Assembly: GCA_029261655.1 (NCBI GenBank)
Contig: JAJDAY010000026.1
Location: forward strand, 138,362-202,361
DNA from: Nitrospinaceae bacterium
Lineage (GTDB): Bacteria; Nitrospinota; Nitrospinia; Nitrospinales; VA-1
Length of the DNA: 64,000 nucleotides
Direction: 5' to 3'
Of the stretch, positions 62,500 to 64,000 are shown in pieces. The position numbers and the translations under genes are program-made. Positions within the stretch are counted from its first letter, which is position 1; every line of letters begins with the position of its first letter. Under the pieces are notes generated by a model that did no database searches, was not told where the DNA came from, and saw nothing but the letters and a program-made list of their open reading frames with translations.

Positions 62500-63810
62500 T
62501 TATTCAGTCCCATGTTTGGTTTCAACCGTGATTCCTATTTCTTTAAGAAACGGTGTCGGGAGTATCCCGCCGGCGCACACGAGGATGGCGTCGTTACTGA
62601 TTTCCTGAACCTCGCCCGCGTTGTCGATTTTCACTTTGTCTTTTGTAATGGATTTGACGTTGGATTCCATCAATACATTCAATCTCCCTTCTTCATCCAT
62701 CCGAGCGACCGTATCCCGGTTTTTTTGTTTGGCGCGGGAAAAGGATTCACTGCGATAAGACAGCGTGACGGTTGTCCCCTTCTCCTCTGCAATGCTGGTC
62801 GCGGCTTCCAGAGCGCTGTCTCCCCCGCCGACCACCAAGACGTGCTGGCCCCTGTATTGTTCAGGGTCGATGAGGCGATAAACCACTTTGGAAAGGTCTT
62901 CTCCAGGGACGCCAAGTTTTCTGGGAGTTCCCCGTCTGCCGATGGATAGTAAAACTCCCCTCGTTTTGTAGGTGGCACGCTGGGTTTTTACTTCAATGAA
63001 ATTTTCCCTGCGGGTCACGGACTCGACCCGTTCGGAATAATTGATTTTGACGTTTGTCTTTTTTTCAACATCTTCCCAAAATTCGAGCAGAGCTTCTTTG
63101 GTGGTTTCCTTGAATGTTGTTTTCCCGAACAGGGGAAGAATGACAGGGGAAGTCATGACGACTTTGCCGCGCGGGTAATGAGAAACGGTTCCGCCCAATG
63201 TTTCCTGTTCCAGGGTCACCGAACGAAGCTTGTGTTCCATCGCCGCTAAAGATGCGGAAAACCCCGCAGGTCCGGCACCGATGACCACCAGATCCAAAAG
63301 ATCTCCTTTACCAATACCCTCTAATTTACGAATGGAATCCACGGCCTGTTTGCCCTGAGTCACGGCGTTACGTATTAGCCCCATGCCGCCCAATTCACCG
63401 GCAATGAAAACTCCTGGAATATTTGTTTCAAAGCTGGGTTTGACCAAAGGGATGTCCACCCCTCGTTTTTCGGTACCAAAAACCAAAGTGATCGCTCCCA
63501 TAGGGCAGGAAACCTTGCAAGACCCGTGACCGATACAATGGGTGGGTCCAATCAACTCGGCCTTCCCCTGTATCATTCCTAATACATTTTTTTCCGGGCA
63601 GGCAGAAATACAGGCCTTGCACCCCACGCATTGAACGGGGTCAATTATGGGATGCAGTGAGGAGGGTTCTATCAATCCGGCTTCGCGTTCCTTGTCCCGA
63701 TGAGCCAGGCTTCGTATCTCCAACCTTTTTCGACGGGCCAAATACCAAACCCAGACCAAAAACGCCGGGACGAGATAAACTAAAGAACTTTGGAGGGTCA
63801 GTCGCATCAT
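62500..63810 (-). CDS. membrane-anchored 2x[4Fe-4S] ferredoxin-domain / FAD-NAD(P)-binding oxidoreductase (thioredoxin-reductase-like)
   Basis: N-terminal TM, CVGCKACISACP and CIGHGSCKVSCP clusters, FAD GxGxxG (VIGAGPAGFSASLAA) and an NAD(P) site (VLVVGGGDSALEAA). 3 nt upstream of the Sel1/ANK gene. ORF open to 63864, with alternative starts at 63810 or 63807. Confidence 0.75.
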   Translation of the reverse strand: MMRLTLQSSLVYLVPAFLVWVWYLARRKRLEIRSLAHRDKEREAGLIEPSSLHPIIDPVQCVGCKACISACPEKNVLGMIQGKAELIGPTHCIGHGSCKVSCPMGAITLVFGTEKRGVDIPLVKPSFETNIPGVFIAGELGGMGLIRNAVTQGKQAVDSIRKLEGIGKGDLLDLVVIGAGPAGFSASLAAMEHKLRSVTLEQETLGGTVSHYPRGKVVMTSPVILPLFGKTTFKETTKEALLEFWEDVEKKTNVKINYSERVESVTRRENFIEVKTQRATYKTRGVLLSIGRRGTPRKLGVPGEDLSKVVYRLIDPEQYRGQHVLVVGGGDSALEAATSIAEEKGTTVTLSYRSESFSRAKQKNRDTVARMDEEGRLNVLMESNVKSITKDKVKIDNAGEVQEISNDAILVCAGGILPTPFLKEIGITVETKHGTE

Positions 63811-63949
63811 TGAAAATGTGATTTTTGGGAGGAAAATTGTTTGATTTGCTCGATAGTTAAGCAAATTTCAAGCCAGTATAAAAAACACGATATAAACCAA
63901 TGCTTTAAAAAATATCGAAATATAAATTTTTAGGATTACCAGTAACAAG

Positions 63950-63988
63950 TTTATCCTTTTGGATAAATAGTGGGAATATTTCCCACTA
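63950..63988. promoter_or_regulatory. two perfect palindromes upstream of the oxidoreductase/cytochrome operon (candidate operator sites)
   Basis: TTATCC-tttt-GGATAA (63950-63965) and TAGTGGGAA-tat-TTCCCACTA (63968-63988) in the AT-rich 5' region of the minus-strand operon. Confidence 0.4.
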
Positions 63989-64000
63989 ATATTAGGTTAT

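Overview
The window is a chromosomal segment from a Gram-negative bacterium; the phylum cannot be assigned from sequence alone. About 80% of it is ordinary core genome. Housekeeping content includes hemB, birA, a J-domain co-chaperone, a dppB/dppC-like permease pair, a UbiD-family decarboxylase, uvrA, the complete F-type ATP synthase operon (atpZ-like, atpBEFHAGDC) on the minus strand, holB, ricT/PSP1, metG, a TatD–radical-SAM fusion, an SPFH protein, a MoxR module, suhB-like IMPase, mnmA, rsmD and two tRNAs (Gln-CUG, Glu-CUC). Two accessory regions stand out. (i) 38.6–47.2 kb is a sensory/redox island: two paralogous GAF-domain histidine kinases sharing a conserved CLCGR Cys pair, a LuxR-type and a stand-alone response regulator, DUF1264/DUF2892/DUF4399 proteins, two mono-haem c-type cytochromes (one with a Met/His/Gly-rich stretch) and a four-haem cytochrome c. 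(ii) The headline candidate is 51.8–63.9 kb, immediately downstream of tRNA-Glu. It is a minus-strand operon encoding, in order, a membrane-anchored 2x[4Fe-4S] ferredoxin/FAD-NAD(P) oxidoreductase, a 963-aa secreted Sel1+ankyrin repeat protein, a putative di-haem b-type membrane cytochrome, a 27-haem cytochrome built from nine tandem triheme c7-like modules, a 29/30-haem 'paired-CXXCH' cytochrome with near-identical 279-bp tandem repeats, and a 716-aa TPR + C-terminal beta-barrel outer-membrane protein. This is most simply read as a previously undescribed porin–cytochrome trans-envelope electron conduit for extracellular electron transfer (EET). Perfect palindromes sit in its upstream region.
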